This document shows positions 6,799 through 16,187 of a DNA stretch of 64,000 nt, one piece after another. Source of the DNA: Clostridiales bacterium. Lineage in GTDB: Bacteria > Bacillota > Clostridia > Christensenellales > Borkfalkiaceae. Within the stretch, counting starts at the first letter, position 1. Each line of letters opens with the position of its first letter. A model generated the notes under the pieces. That model was given only the letters and a program-made list of their open reading frames with translations. It ran no database searches and was not told the DNA's origin. A program made the translations under genes and the position numbers. The stretch spans positions 1,208 to 65,207 of the forward strand of contig SVIE01000001.1 of NCBI GenBank assembly GCA_015069625.1. Direction: 5' to 3'.

Positions 6799-8223
6799 AT
6801 GGCAAAGAGCATACAAGACATTTTGAAGCTCATCAAAGACAACGGAATTAAAATGGTTGATTTTAAGATGGTAGACATAAATGGTCAGTACCGTCACGTA
6901 ACCATTCCTGCGCAGAACTTTTCCGAAGACACAATGAAAAGTGGTATAGGTTTTGACGCTTCTAACTACGGTTATGCAGTTGTTGAAAAAAGTGATATGG
7001 TTTTCATCCCTGATCCTGACACCGCAGTTATTGATCCGTTTTGCCAGATACCCACGCTTTCAATGACGGGTAACGCAATGATTATTGCTAGCCCTGAAAA
7101 CCGTCCGCTCGCTCAATATCCTAGAAATATCGTTCTCGCTGCAGAACAATATATGAAGGATACCGGCATTGCAGACACAATGTTAATTCTTCCCGAATTC
7201 GAATTCTATCTTTTCGACCAAGTTGGTTGGCAGGTAGAACCTAACAGTATCGGTGTTTCTCTTGATGCACAACAATCATACTGGAATAGTGCAACCGAAG
7301 GTCTTGGCGTTATCGTTCCAAAACAAAAGGCTTATCACGTTGCAAAACCGTTTGATACGTCATATGAATGTCGTAGTGAAATGTGCATGCACATGAAAGA
7401 TGCAGGCATTGAAATTAATTATCATCACCCCGAAGTTGCTGCTTCTGGTCAGTTCGAAATCGAACCACAACTTGGTCAAATGTCCAAGATGGCAGATGCT
7501 ACAATGATGATTAAATACATCATTCATAACACCGCATTAAAGTATAATAAATCTGCAACCTTCATGCCTAAGCCTATCTACGGCGAAGCAGGAAGTGGTA
7601 TGCACGTTCATATGCTTCTTCTTAAAGATGGTCAACCCGTATTCTCTGACGATAACGGATATGCTTCTTTAAGTGAAACGGCACATTATTTTATGGGTGG
7701 TTTGCTTAAACATATCGGTGCACTCTGTGCATTAACAAACCCAAGCACAAACTCTTTCAAGAGATTAGTTCCTGGCTTTGAAGCACCTGTTACGGTAGGT
7801 TATGCAACGTCTAACCGTAGTGCAGTTATTCGTATTCCTGCATACGCTAAAACGCCTAATAAACGTCGTTTTGAACTTCGTAACCCTGATGCAACGTGTA
7901 ACCCATATTTCTGCTACGCAGCAATTTTGATGGCAGGTCTTGACGGGGTTAAGAATAAGATTGACCCGCATGCAAACGGCTGGGGCCCATACGACTTTAA
8001 CCTTTTCCATCTCCCAGAAGAAGAAAAGGCAAAATTACAACAACTTCCCACGTCGCTTGAAGCTGCACTTGATGCGCTTGAAAAAGATTACGCATTCCTT
8101 ACCGAAGGTGGTGTATTCCCAGAAACTCTTATTAAGAACTTCATCAAGAATAAGAGAGAAGAATGCAGTCAACTTTCTAAGATTCCAAATCCTGCAGAAT
8201 TCGAAAAGTATTACAATCTCTAA
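6799..8223 (+). CDS. glnA: Glutamine synthetase
   Basis: 474 aa. N-terminal beta-grasp region (VDFKMVDINGQYRHVTIP) and the catalytic region (GSGMHVHMLL, NSFKRLVPGFEAP, NRSAVIRIP, FELRNPD). Confidence 0.9.
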   Translation: MAKSIQDILKLIKDNGIKMVDFKMVDINGQYRHVTIPAQNFSEDTMKSGIGFDASNYGYAVVEKSDMVFIPDPDTAVIDPFCQIPTLSMTGNAMIIASPENRPLAQYPRNIVLAAEQYMKDTGIADTMLILPEFEFYLFDQVGWQVEPNSIGVSLDAQQSYWNSATEGLGVIVPKQKAYHVAKPFDTSYECRSEMCMHMKDAGIEINYHHPEVAASGQFEIEPQLGQMSKMADATMMIKYIIHNTALKYNKSATFMPKPIYGEAGSGMHVHMLLLKDGQPVFSDDNGYASLSETAHYFMGGLLKHIGALCALTNPSTNSFKRLVPGFEAPVTVGYATSNRSAVIRIPAYAKTPNKRRFELRNPDATCNPYFCYAAILMAGLDGVKNKIDPHANGWGPYDFNLFHLPEEEKAKLQQLPTSLEAALDALEKDYAFLTEGGVFPETLIKNFIKNKREECSQLSKIPNPAEFEKYYNL

Positions 8224-8230
8224 AAAGTTC

Positions 8231-8260
8231 AAGCCCTTACACGACGTAAGGGCTTTTTCT
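8231..8260 (+). terminator. Intrinsic terminator after glnA
   Basis: AGCCCTTA-loop-TAAGGGCT followed by TTTTT. Confidence 0.75.
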
Positions 8261-8337
8261 TAATAAAAATTCAAAAAGCGACAAGATATTTTTTATCATA
8301 TATGATATAATTAAAAAATAATATAGGAGAATATAAA

Positions 8338-8799
8338 ATGAAATCAAAAATATCTAATAAAAATTTAATTACAAGTATTTTATATGCAGTTATGGGCGTG
8401 CTCCTAATTGTGCTTCAAGGCGGTTCACTTAATATTTTAATGACGGTTATCGGGGCGTTGCTTATTGTTGTTGGTATTGTTGACGTGGCAAACAAAGATA
8501 TCGTTAAAGGTATTGTGGAACTAGCGATAGGTGTGGCGATAATAGTATGCGGTTGGTTGATTGCTGATATCGTATTATTAGTGTTCGGCATACTTCTTAT
8601 AGTTAAGGGCTTTGTGGAAATTGTTAACACGAAAAGAAAGACGTTTATGACGCTTATCGTTCCTATCATCACGATTATAATAGGTATTATATTTATTGTC
8701 GCAAAATGGGCGCTTTTGGATGTTTTATGTATTGTTGCAGGTGCAATTTTTATTGTAAATGCTATACTTACGTTGGCAAGTAAACCACGTAAACGTTAA
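8338..8799 (+). CDS. Multi-pass membrane protein, DUF308/HdeD-like
   Basis: 153 aa, almost entirely repeated hydrophobic hairpins (GALLIVVGIVD, GILLIVKGFVEI, AGAIFIVNAIL). A hairpin plus T-run follows at ~8826-8860. Confidence 0.5.
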   Translation: MKSKISNKNLITSILYAVMGVLLIVLQGGSLNILMTVIGALLIVVGIVDVANKDIVKGIVELAIGVAIIVCGWLIADIVLLVFGILLIVKGFVEIVNTKRKTFMTLIVPIITIIIGIIFIVAKWALLDVLCIVAGAIFIVNAILTLASKPRKR

Positions 8800-8922
8800 A
8801 AGACGGTTAAAAAATTGATTTGAAAAACGGAACGCTTATATTGAGTTCCGTTTTTTTATTTAAAACAATAAAAAAATTGTTAAGTTACCGTTGAAAAAAC
8901 CTTTCAAACGCTAGCAAAATTA

Positions 8923-8952
8923 TTGACAGAATAAGTGTGTAAATGTTATACT
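8923..8952 (+). promoter_or_regulatory. Sigma-A-type promoter of the pur operon
   Basis: TTGACA (8923-8928), 18 nt, TATACT (8947-8952). Confidence 0.5.
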
Positions 8953-9024
8953 GTATTCGTGTTTAAATATATTTATATATTTACGGCAGAAAAACAAAGC
9001 AAATAGCAGAGAAAGGAAACAAAA

Positions 9025-9516
9025 ATGAAGAAAGTTGCAATTGTCATGGGGAGCGATAGCGACCTTAAAGTAGTTGAAAAGGCAATAACTACGCTTAAAG
9101 ATTATGGCGTAGAAACAGTCGTTCATGTATATTCTGCACACCGCACGCCTGTGGAAGCGAAGGAATTTACCGCAAGTGCAAGGGATAATGGAATAGGCGT
9201 TATTATTGCATGCGCAGGTAAGGCAGCGCATCTTGCAGGTGCAATCGCTGCAAACACCACCCTTCCTGTAATAGGGATTCCGATAAAGGCTTCCGCTCTT
9301 GAAGGGATGGATGCACTTTTATCAACCGTTCAAATGCCGGCAGGTATTCCCGTGGCAACCGTTGCGATAGACGGGGCTGAAAACGCTGCGCTTTTGGCTC
9401 TTCAAATTTTGGGTGTAACCGATAGTGAAATTGCGGATAAATTACAGCAGGCAAGAGACAGTAAAAAAGCAAAAATTTTAGAAAAAGATAAAGAACTTAA
9501 CGAAAAATACAAATAA
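9025..9516 (+). CDS. purE: N5-carboxyaminoimidazole ribonucleotide mutase
   Basis: VAIVMGSDSDL and SAHRTP (class I type), GIPVATVAI. Confidence 0.92.
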   Translation: MKKVAIVMGSDSDLKVVEKAITTLKDYGVETVVHVYSAHRTPVEAKEFTASARDNGIGVIIACAGKAAHLAGAIAANTTLPVIGIPIKASALEGMDALLSTVQMPAGIPVATVAIDGAENAALLALQILGVTDSEIADKLQQARDSKKAKILEKDKELNEKYK

Positions 9517-9593
9517 GTTAAAAAGGAAAAAGTGGGGAACTTAACGGCTCTTCACTTTTCTGTGTTTTTATACGAAAAATTACGGAGGATTTT

Positions 9594-11039
9594 ATGAAGG
9601 AATTACACGAAGAATGCGGTGTTTTCGGCATATACGCATCAAGCGTACAAGATGTTGGAAATGCTACTTATTATGGACTTTATGCTTTACAACATCGTGG
9701 GCAAGACAGCGCAGGCATCGTTGTTAACGACGGTGGTGTGTTTACTGTTCGTAAGGATTTAGGGCTTGTTGGCGACGTGTTTGATAAGGATTCGCTTTTG
9801 GATTTAGGCGAAGGCAAAATCGCATTAGGACACGTTAGATACGGAACGGCAGGCACGGCAACGAGAGAAAATGCTCAGCCGATGGTTGTAAGCCACGTTA
9901 AAGGAAACCTTGCAATCGCTTACAACGGAAGTTTGATAAACAATGGTGAACTTCGCAATCAACTTGAACTTGAAGGTTCTATTTTCCACTCGACAACGGA
10001 TACCGAAGTTATCACTTATATCATTACTAAGGAAAGACTTAAACAACCTTCAATCGAACATGCGGTATTTGAAGCATTAAAGAAATTAAAAGGCGCATAT
10101 TCACTTGTGTTGATGTCGCCGACAAAACTTATTGCCGCACGTGATCCACATGGATTTAGACCACTTTGTTATGGAAAGAAAGATGATGGTTCTTACGTAA
10201 TCGCATCAGAAAGTTGTGCGCTTGATGCTGTTGGCGCAAAACTTGTTCGTGACGTTGCTCCAGGTGAAGTTATCGTTATAGATCCGATGGGAATTCGTTC
10301 GTTTAAGGAAAACTGTGGAACGTGCAAAATGAGTTCTTGTGTGTTTGAATTCGTTTATTTTGCTCGTCCCGACTCGGTGGTTGACGGATGCTCTGTTCAT
10401 CAGGCGAGAGTTAATGCGGGAAGATACCTTGCAAAAAGTAGTCCCTGTGATGCAGACGTTGTAATAGGCGTTCCTGATTCTGGGCTTGACGCTGCAATCG
10501 GTTATGCAAACGAATCTGGTATTCCTTATGAAATCGGATTTTTGAAAAACAAATATATCGGAAGAACGTTTATCTTCCCCAACCAAAAGGACAGAGAAGA
10601 TCAGGTTAGAAAAAAACTTAACCCAATATCTTCAGTAGTTAAGGGAAAGAGAGTCGTTATGGTTGACGACTCGATAGTAAGGGGAACAACCTGTGCGAGA
10701 ATAGTTAGACTTCTTAGAGAAGCAGGCGCAACCGAAGTTCACATGCGTGTTTCATCTCCACCATTCTTAAATCCGTGCTATTACGGAACGGATATTCCGT
10801 CAAGAGAATGCTTAATTGCTTGCAATCATTCGATTGAAGAAATAAGAGATATTATCGGGGTTGATAGTCTAGGTTACCTTGAATATGAAGACGTTAAAAA
10901 GATTGCAACAGGCGATGGATGTAAAGGATTCTGTACGGCTTGTTTTGATGGTCAGTATCCAACGGAAATTCCAGATAGAACGTTAAAGAACAGATTTGAA
11001 GTAAAAATCAATATTGATAAAAAGAAAGAACGCCATTAA
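9594..11039 (+). CDS. purF: Amidophosphoribosyltransferase
   Basis: MKELHEECGVFG (Ntn Cys), LQHRGQDSAGI, the PRPP loop VVMVDDSIVRGTT, and C-terminal Cys residues for an Fe-S cluster. Confidence 0.93.
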   Translation: MKELHEECGVFGIYASSVQDVGNATYYGLYALQHRGQDSAGIVVNDGGVFTVRKDLGLVGDVFDKDSLLDLGEGKIALGHVRYGTAGTATRENAQPMVVSHVKGNLAIAYNGSLINNGELRNQLELEGSIFHSTTDTEVITYIITKERLKQPSIEHAVFEALKKLKGAYSLVLMSPTKLIAARDPHGFRPLCYGKKDDGSYVIASESCALDAVGAKLVRDVAPGEVIVIDPMGIRSFKENCGTCKMSSCVFEFVYFARPDSVVDGCSVHQARVNAGRYLAKSSPCDADVVIGVPDSGLDAAIGYANESGIPYEIGFLKNKYIGRTFIFPNQKDREDQVRKKLNPISSVVKGKRVVMVDDSIVRGTTCARIVRLLREAGATEVHMRVSSPPFLNPCYYGTDIPSRECLIACNHSIEEIRDIIGVDSLGYLEYEDVKKIATGDGCKGFCTACFDGQYPTEIPDRTLKNRFEVKINIDKKKERH

Positions 11040-11076
11040 GAGCGTTAAATAATATAACTAAACAGGAGATTTTACC

Positions 11077-12117
11077 ATGCACGATAAAAGTTTCAGCGAA
11101 AGTTACAAAAACGCAGGCGTTGATATTACCGCAGGATACAAAGCGGTTGAACTTATGAAAAAGCACGTTGCTAGAACTATGACTAGCGGAGTTAATTCCG
11201 ATCTTGGTGGTTTCGGCGGACTTTTCACTTTGGATAAAAAGATTAAAAACCCCGTTCTCGTTAGCGGAACGGACGGTGTAGGAACTAAGTTAAAGTTAGC
11301 ATTCCTTATGGACAAGCATAACACGGTTGGTATCGACTGTGTTGCTATGTGTGTGAACGACGTTATTTGTTGTGGCGCAAAACCCCTTTTCTTCCTTGAT
11401 TATATCGCAGTTGGCAAAAACGTTCCAGAACGTGTTGCTTCAATAGTTGAAGGTGTTGCAGAAGGATGCGTTCAGGCAGGCGCAGCGCTTATCGGTGGCG
11501 AAACGGCAGAAATGCCAGGTTTTTATCCGGTTGACGAATATGATTTAGCAGGCTTTGCAGTTGGCGTTGTTGACAAGAAGAAAATTTTAAGCAACAAAGA
11601 CATGAAAGAAGGAGACGTTGTTATCGGTATTCCTTCAAGCGGTGTTCACAGTAACGGTTTCTCACTTGTAAGAAAGGTTTTCGATATTGAAAATGCAGAC
11701 ATCAAAACTCCGCTTGAAGCACTTGGCGGAAAGAGTCTTGGCGAAACGCTTTTAACACCGACGAAGATTTACGTTAAACCACTTCTTAACCTAATTGATA
11801 AAGTTAAGGTTAAAGCAGTTTCTCATATTACAGGTGGCGGTTTCTATGAAAACATGCCAAGAAGTTTGAAAGAAGGTTTCGGCTTAAAGATTGAAAAATC
11901 GGCAGTTAAAATTCTTCCTATCTTCGATATGATTATGAAGACTGGTAATATTGCAGAACGTGATATGTTCAACACCTTCAATATGGGTGTTGGTATGAGC
12001 GTTGTCGTTGATAAAAAAGACGCAGATAAGGCAGTTAAGATTCTTAACGCAAGCGGTGAAAACGCTTATATCCTTGGTGAAGTTGTCAAGAGTGATGACG
12101 GCGTAATTTTGTGTTAA
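11077..12117 (+). CDS. purM: Phosphoribosylformylglycinamidine cyclo-ligase (AIR synthetase)
   Basis: [40 protein letters not shown]. Confidence 0.93.
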   Translation: MHDKSFSESYKNAGVDITAGYKAVELMKKHVARTMTSGVNSDLGGFGGLFTLDKKIKNPVLVSGTDGVGTKLKLAFLMDKHNTVGIDCVAMCVNDVICCGAKPLFFLDYIAVGKNVPERVASIVEGVAEGCVQAGAALIGGETAEMPGFYPVDEYDLAGFAVGVVDKKKILSNKDMKEGDVVIGIPSSGVHSNGFSLVRKVFDIENADIKTPLEALGGKSLGETLLTPTKIYVKPLLNLIDKVKVKAVSHITGGGFYENMPRSLKEGFGLKIEKSAVKILPIFDMIMKTGNIAERDMFNTFNMGVGMSVVVDKKDADKAVKILNASGENAYILGEVVKSDDGVILC

Positions 12118-12122
12118 TCGAC

Positions 12123-12740
12123 ATGGAAAAGAGAAAGATTAAAATAGCCGTGTTGGTTTCTGGTGGCGGAACAAACTTACAAGCCATTTTAGATTATCAA
12201 CGGGCGGGAAAACTTAAAAACGGTGAAGTGGTGGCGGTTATTGCAAGTAATCCTAACGCATACGCCTTAAAGCGTGCGGAAAATTTCGGCGTTCAAGGTT
12301 TTGTGGTTTCTAGAAAAGGACTTTCACAAAATGACTTTGAAAGTGGAATTATCTCACGTTTAGAAGAAGTGGGCGCAGAAGTTATAGTACTCGCAGGATT
12401 TATGTCAATACTTTCTGCTGAATTTACTAAGAAGTACGAAAACCGTATTATCAACGTTCACCCGTCGTTAATTCCAAGTTTTTGCGGTGAAGGTTTTTAT
12501 GGACTTAGAGTTCACGAAGCAGCGCTTGGTTACGGTGTAAAAGTAACAGGTGCAACCGTTCACTTTGTTAACGAAGTGGCTGACGGTGGAAAGATAATCA
12601 TGCAAAAAGCCGTTAAGATAAAAGATGGCGACACGCCTGAAATTTTACAACAACGTGTTATGCGAGAAGCGGAATGGATAATTTTACCGAAGTCGCTTGA
12701 CAAAGTTTGCAAAAGTGTATTAAAAGGAGAAATCAAATGA
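12123..12740 (+). CDS. purN: Phosphoribosylglycinamide formyltransferase
   Basis: IAVLVSGGGTNLQAI, NVHPSLIPSF, GATVHFV. The start is uncertain (GTG 12111 or ATG 12123). Confidence 0.88.
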   Translation: MEKRKIKIAVLVSGGGTNLQAILDYQRAGKLKNGEVVAVIASNPNAYALKRAENFGVQGFVVSRKGLSQNDFESGIISRLEEVGAEVIVLAGFMSILSAEFTKKYENRIINVHPSLIPSFCGEGFYGLRVHEAALGYGVKVTGATVHFVNEVADGGKIIMQKAVKIKDGDTPEILQQRVMREAEWIILPKSLDKVCKSVLKGEIK

Positions 12741-13459
12741 GCGTAGTAAAAGCAGAAAAAATAGGAACTTTAATTAAAGATAATTCTTACGTTGGTAGGG
12801 GTATCGTTATAGGTAAGAGTGAAGACGGAAAGAGTGCGGTATTTGCCTATTTCATTATGGGAAGAAGTGCAAACAGCCGTAACCGTGTTTTTGTTGAAGA
12901 AGGAAAGGACGTTATAATTCATCCGTTTGACGCTGAAAAGGCAGGCGACCCCACGCTTATCATTTATGCACCTATCAGATATTATGAAAACAATATTATC
13001 GTAACTAACGGAAACCAAACGGATACTATTTACGATTTTCTTAAAAAAGGCGAAGGGTTCTGCACGGCACTTTCTACTCGTGAATTTGAACCTGACGCAC
13101 CCAACTTTACCCCTAGAATTAGCGGTATGATTACTTTTGACGGTAAGGGTGATTTCGGATATAAGATGAGTATCTTAAAGGCGGCTGATGATGAAGGAAC
13201 TGCATGCAATCGTTTCACTTATAGCTATTCGGCATTAAAGGGAATCGGGCATTTTATTCACACTTATAAATGTGATGGTAATCCTATCCCCACGTTTGAA
13301 GGAGAACCGGAAAGGGTGCTTCTTCCTAATTCCGCAAAAGAACTTGCAGATGATATTTGGGCAAACTTAAACGAAGAAAACAAAATTTCACTTTACGTTA
13401 AGTACGTTAACTTAGAAGATGGAAGTGAAGAAAAAATACTTATCAATAAAAACAAATAA
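12737..13459 (+). CDS. PurO-type (archaeal-type) IMP cyclohydrolase
   Basis: AAGGAG RBS and ATGA overlap with purN. YVGRGIVIGKSEDGKSAVFAYFIMGRSANSRNRVF, VTNGNQTDTI and NFTPRISG match my recollection of Methanocaldococcus PurO (YLGRILAVG...AYRVSSRSFPNR, VSNGSHTD, NTPRIAA). Confidence 0.75.
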   Translation: MSVVKAEKIGTLIKDNSYVGRGIVIGKSEDGKSAVFAYFIMGRSANSRNRVFVEEGKDVIIHPFDAEKAGDPTLIIYAPIRYYENNIIVTNGNQTDTIYDFLKKGEGFCTALSTREFEPDAPNFTPRISGMITFDGKGDFGYKMSILKAADDEGTACNRFTYSYSALKGIGHFIHTYKCDGNPIPTFEGEPERVLLPNSAKELADDIWANLNEENKISLYVKYVNLEDGSEEKILINKNK

Positions 13460-13468
13460 GGTGTTAAA

Positions 13469-14656
13469 ATGAAAGAATTTGAATTAAAATACGGTTGCAA
13501 TCCCAACCAAAAACCTTCAAGAATTTTTATGGCGAACGGAAAGGAACTTCCCGTAACTATTCTTAACGGTAAACCAGGATATATCAACTTTTTAGACGCT
13601 TTTAACTCATGGCAACTTGTTAAGGAATTAAAAGCAGCAACAGGTAAGCCTTCGGCAACGTCTTTTAAGCACGTTAGTCCTGCGGGCGCAGCAGTTGGTA
13701 GAAAGTTATCTGACGTTGAAAAGAAAATCTGTTTCGTTGATGATATCGTTGGTCTTGACGATAGTGAAATCGCTTGCGCTTATGCAAGGGCAAGGGGTGC
13801 GGACAGAATGAGTTCGTTCGGAGATTGGATTGCACTTTCCGACGAATGCGACGAAGTTACCGCATCTATTATTAAACGTGAAGTTTCAGATGGTATTATT
13901 GCACCGTCTTATTCTGAAAAGGCACTTGAAATCTTAAAGGGAAAGAAGGGTGGTAATTACGCTATCGTTCAAATTGACAAAGACTACGTTCCAGAAGAAA
14001 AGGAAACAAAGCAAGTCTTTGGTATTACTTTTGAACAGGGTAGAAACAATTTCAAAATTGATAGAGAACTCGTTACCAAAGAAATCGTAACGAAAAATAA
14101 AAATCTTCCAGAAGATGCAATAGAAGATTTAATAATTGCGCTTATCACCTTAAAATATACGCAGTCTAACTCCGTTTGCTATGCGCACGGCGGACAAACG
14201 GTTGGCGTTGGTGCAGGTCAACAGTCAAGAATACATTGTACAAGACTTGCAGGTAGCAAAGCAGACAACTGGTTCTTACGTCAAAGTGAAAAGGTGTTAA
14301 ATCTTCCTTTCTTACCAACGCTTGGCAGACCTGAAAGAAATAACGTTATAGATATTTATATTTCAGACGAATGTGAAGACCTTTTAGTCGACGGCACGTG
14401 GCAAAAATTCTTTACCGAATGCCCAACCCTTTTCACAAGAGAAGAAAAGAAAGAAGTGCTTAAAAAGATTTCTGGCGTTGCACTTGGAAGTGATGCTTTC
14501 TTCCCGTTCGGTGATAACGTTGAACGTGCTGCAAAAAGTGGCGTAAGTTATATTGCGCAACCAGGTGGCTCTGTTCGTGACGATTTAGTTATAGAAGCGT
14601 GTGATGAACGTGATATCGTTATGTCGTTCACGGGCATGAGACTTTTCCACCATTAA
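13469..14656 (+). CDS. purH: AICAR formyltransferase (AICARFT domain only; lacks the MGS-like IMP cyclohydrolase domain)
   Basis: 395 aa versus ~510 aa for bifunctional PurH. ELKYGCNPNQ, SFKHVSPAGAA, GAGQQSRIHCTRLA, GSDAFFPF. Confidence 0.85.
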   Translation: MKEFELKYGCNPNQKPSRIFMANGKELPVTILNGKPGYINFLDAFNSWQLVKELKAATGKPSATSFKHVSPAGAAVGRKLSDVEKKICFVDDIVGLDDSEIACAYARARGADRMSSFGDWIALSDECDEVTASIIKREVSDGIIAPSYSEKALEILKGKKGGNYAIVQIDKDYVPEEKETKQVFGITFEQGRNNFKIDRELVTKEIVTKNKNLPEDAIEDLIIALITLKYTQSNSVCYAHGGQTVGVGAGQQSRIHCTRLAGSKADNWFLRQSEKVLNLPFLPTLGRPERNNVIDIYISDECEDLLVDGTWQKFFTECPTLFTREEKKEVLKKISGVALGSDAFFPFGDNVERAAKSGVSYIAQPGGSVRDDLVIEACDERDIVMSFTGMRLFHH

Positions 14657-14702
14657 GATTATATGGCACTGTCATAAGCTCTGGTTGAAAAAGTGCAAAT
14701 AA

Positions 14703-14802
14703 ATAAACTTCGTGATAGTTTGTTAAACCCCTCGTTAAGATGTATACTCTTAACTTCGGGATTTGCCTGCTCTCACTTGTTTCTTATCTGCCCTTTAATA
14801 AT
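14703..14802 (+). repeat. Intergenic element related to the element downstream of glnS (32776-32955)
   Basis: ATAAACTTCGTGATA (14703-14717) matches ATAAACTTCGTTATA (32783-32797). TTTGCCTGCTCTCACTTGTTTCTTATCTGCCCTTTAATAAT (14762-14802) matches TTTGCGAGCCTCGCCTAACTCGTTTCTAATCCTTTATTTAGAAT (32859-32902). Aligned by eye. Confidence 0.5.
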
Positions 14803-14915
14803 CAACCATTTCTTATTTCAGCACCATGAAAAATAAAGTAGAACTTAAAAATAAAAATCATAAATAAAAATAAAACTCGCAAACGCGCGAAATTTACTCT
14901 AAAAGGGGCAGACAA

Positions 14916-16187
14916 ATGAAAATACTTGTAGTAGGTAATGGCGGTAGAGAACACGCTATTATCAAAAGTTTGAAAAAGAGCAAAAACGTACGTGAAATTT
15001 ATGCAATTGCAGGTAATGGCGGTATTGCAGATGACGCAAAGATAGTTGAAGGGATTGCAGTAACAGATATTCAGGCTATTGCAGACTGGGCAAAACAGAA
15101 TAAAATTGATTTTGCCGTTGTTGCGCCTGACGATCCACTAGTACTTGGTGCGGTTGACCTTTTAACCGAATATAAAATTCCCTGTTTTGGACCGAATAAG
15201 GCGGCTGCCGAAATTGAAGGAAGTAAAATTTTTGCTAAAAACCTTATGAAAAAATACGGTATTCCCACGGCGGAATATCAAACGTTTAGTAGGCTTGATA
15301 GAGCGCTTAAATATCTTGAAACTGCGCCTATTCCAACTGTTATTAAGGCGGATGGACTTGCACTTGGTAAAGGTGTTATAATCGCTCAAACTAGAGAAGA
15401 AGCAATTCAAGCCGTAACTTCAATGATGAAAGATAAAGTTTTCGGTAAATCTGGAAGCAAGATTGTTATTGAAGAATTTTTAACAGGTCCTGAAGTTTCC
15501 GTTCTTTCGTTCACGGATGGCGAAACGCTTATTCCTATGGTATCGTCTATGGACCATAAGAGAGCAAGGGATAACGACGAAGGATTAAACACAGGTGGTA
15601 TGGGTACGGTTGCCCCTAATCCGTATTATACCGAAGAAGTTGCAAAAGAGTGTATGGAAAAGATTTTCCTTCCCACAATGGATGCAATGAATAAAGAAGG
15701 TAGAACGTTTAAGGGTTGTTTATATTTCGGGCTTATGCTCACCCCGAACGGACCTAAGGTGATAGAATATAATTGCCGTTTTGGTGACCCTGAAACGCAA
15801 GTTGTTCTTCCGCTTCTTAAAAGCGATCTTTTGGAAATTATGGTTGCCGTTGCACGTGGGGATCTTAAATACACGAAGGTTGAATTCTTAAAGAAAAGCG
15901 CATGTTGTGTAATTATGGCAAGTAACGGATATCCGGAAAAGTACGAAAAAGGTTATGAAATAACCTTTAAGTGCAAAAAGGATAACGTTTTCGTTGCTGG
16001 CGCTAAGAAGGATGGAGATAAACTTTTAACTAACGGTGGCAGAGTTTTAGGCGTAACCGCAGTTGCAGGAAATCTCAATAAAGCAATTAAAAAGGCGTAC
16101 AAGAAGGTTAAAAAGATTTCTTTTGAGAACGCTTATTATAGAAAAGACATAGGACAAAAAGCATTAAAGGCATACGGAGAAAAATAA
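14916..16187 (+). CDS. purD: Phosphoribosylamine-glycine ligase
   Basis: MKILVVGNGGREHA, ATP-grasp GLALGKGV, VIEYNCRFGDPE, GGRVLGV. Confidence 0.93.
   Translation: MKILVVGNGGREHAIIKSLKKSKNVREIYAIAGNGGIADDAKIVEGIAVTDIQAIADWAKQNKIDFAVVAPDDPLVLGAVDLLTEYKIPCFGPNKAAAEIEGSKIFAKNLMKKYGIPTAEYQTFSRLDRALKYLETAPIPTVIKADGLALGKGVIIAQTREEAIQAVTSMMKDKVFGKSGSKIVIEEFLTGPEVSVLSFTDGETLIPMVSSMDHKRARDNDEGLNTGGMGTVAPNPYYTEEVAKECMEKIFLPTMDAMNKEGRTFKGCLYFGLMLTPNGPKVIEYNCRFGDPETQVVLPLLKSDLLEIMVAVARGDLKYTKVEFLKKSACCVIMASNGYPEKYEKGYEITFKCKKDNVFVAGAKKDGDKLLTNGGRVLGVTAVAGNLNKAIKKAYKKVKKISFENAYYRKDIGQKALKAYGEK

Noticed and set aside
8954-8964. PurR PurBox-like sequence (TATTCGTGTTT, reverse complement AAACACGAATA) at the pur promoter
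   Set aside because: Only one half-site is present, with no properly spaced inverted partner. It lies downstream of the -10 rather than upstream of the -35 as in Bacillus, so it is a plausible chance match.
8800-9024. Purine (guanine/adenine) or ZTP riboswitch upstream of purE; the purH-purD spacer at 14657-14915 was also checked
   Set aside because: Neither the purine-riboswitch three-way junction core nor the ZTP GGGTCGTGAC...CCGCCTGGGC pseudoknot elements can be found. The purE leader is only ~70 nt.
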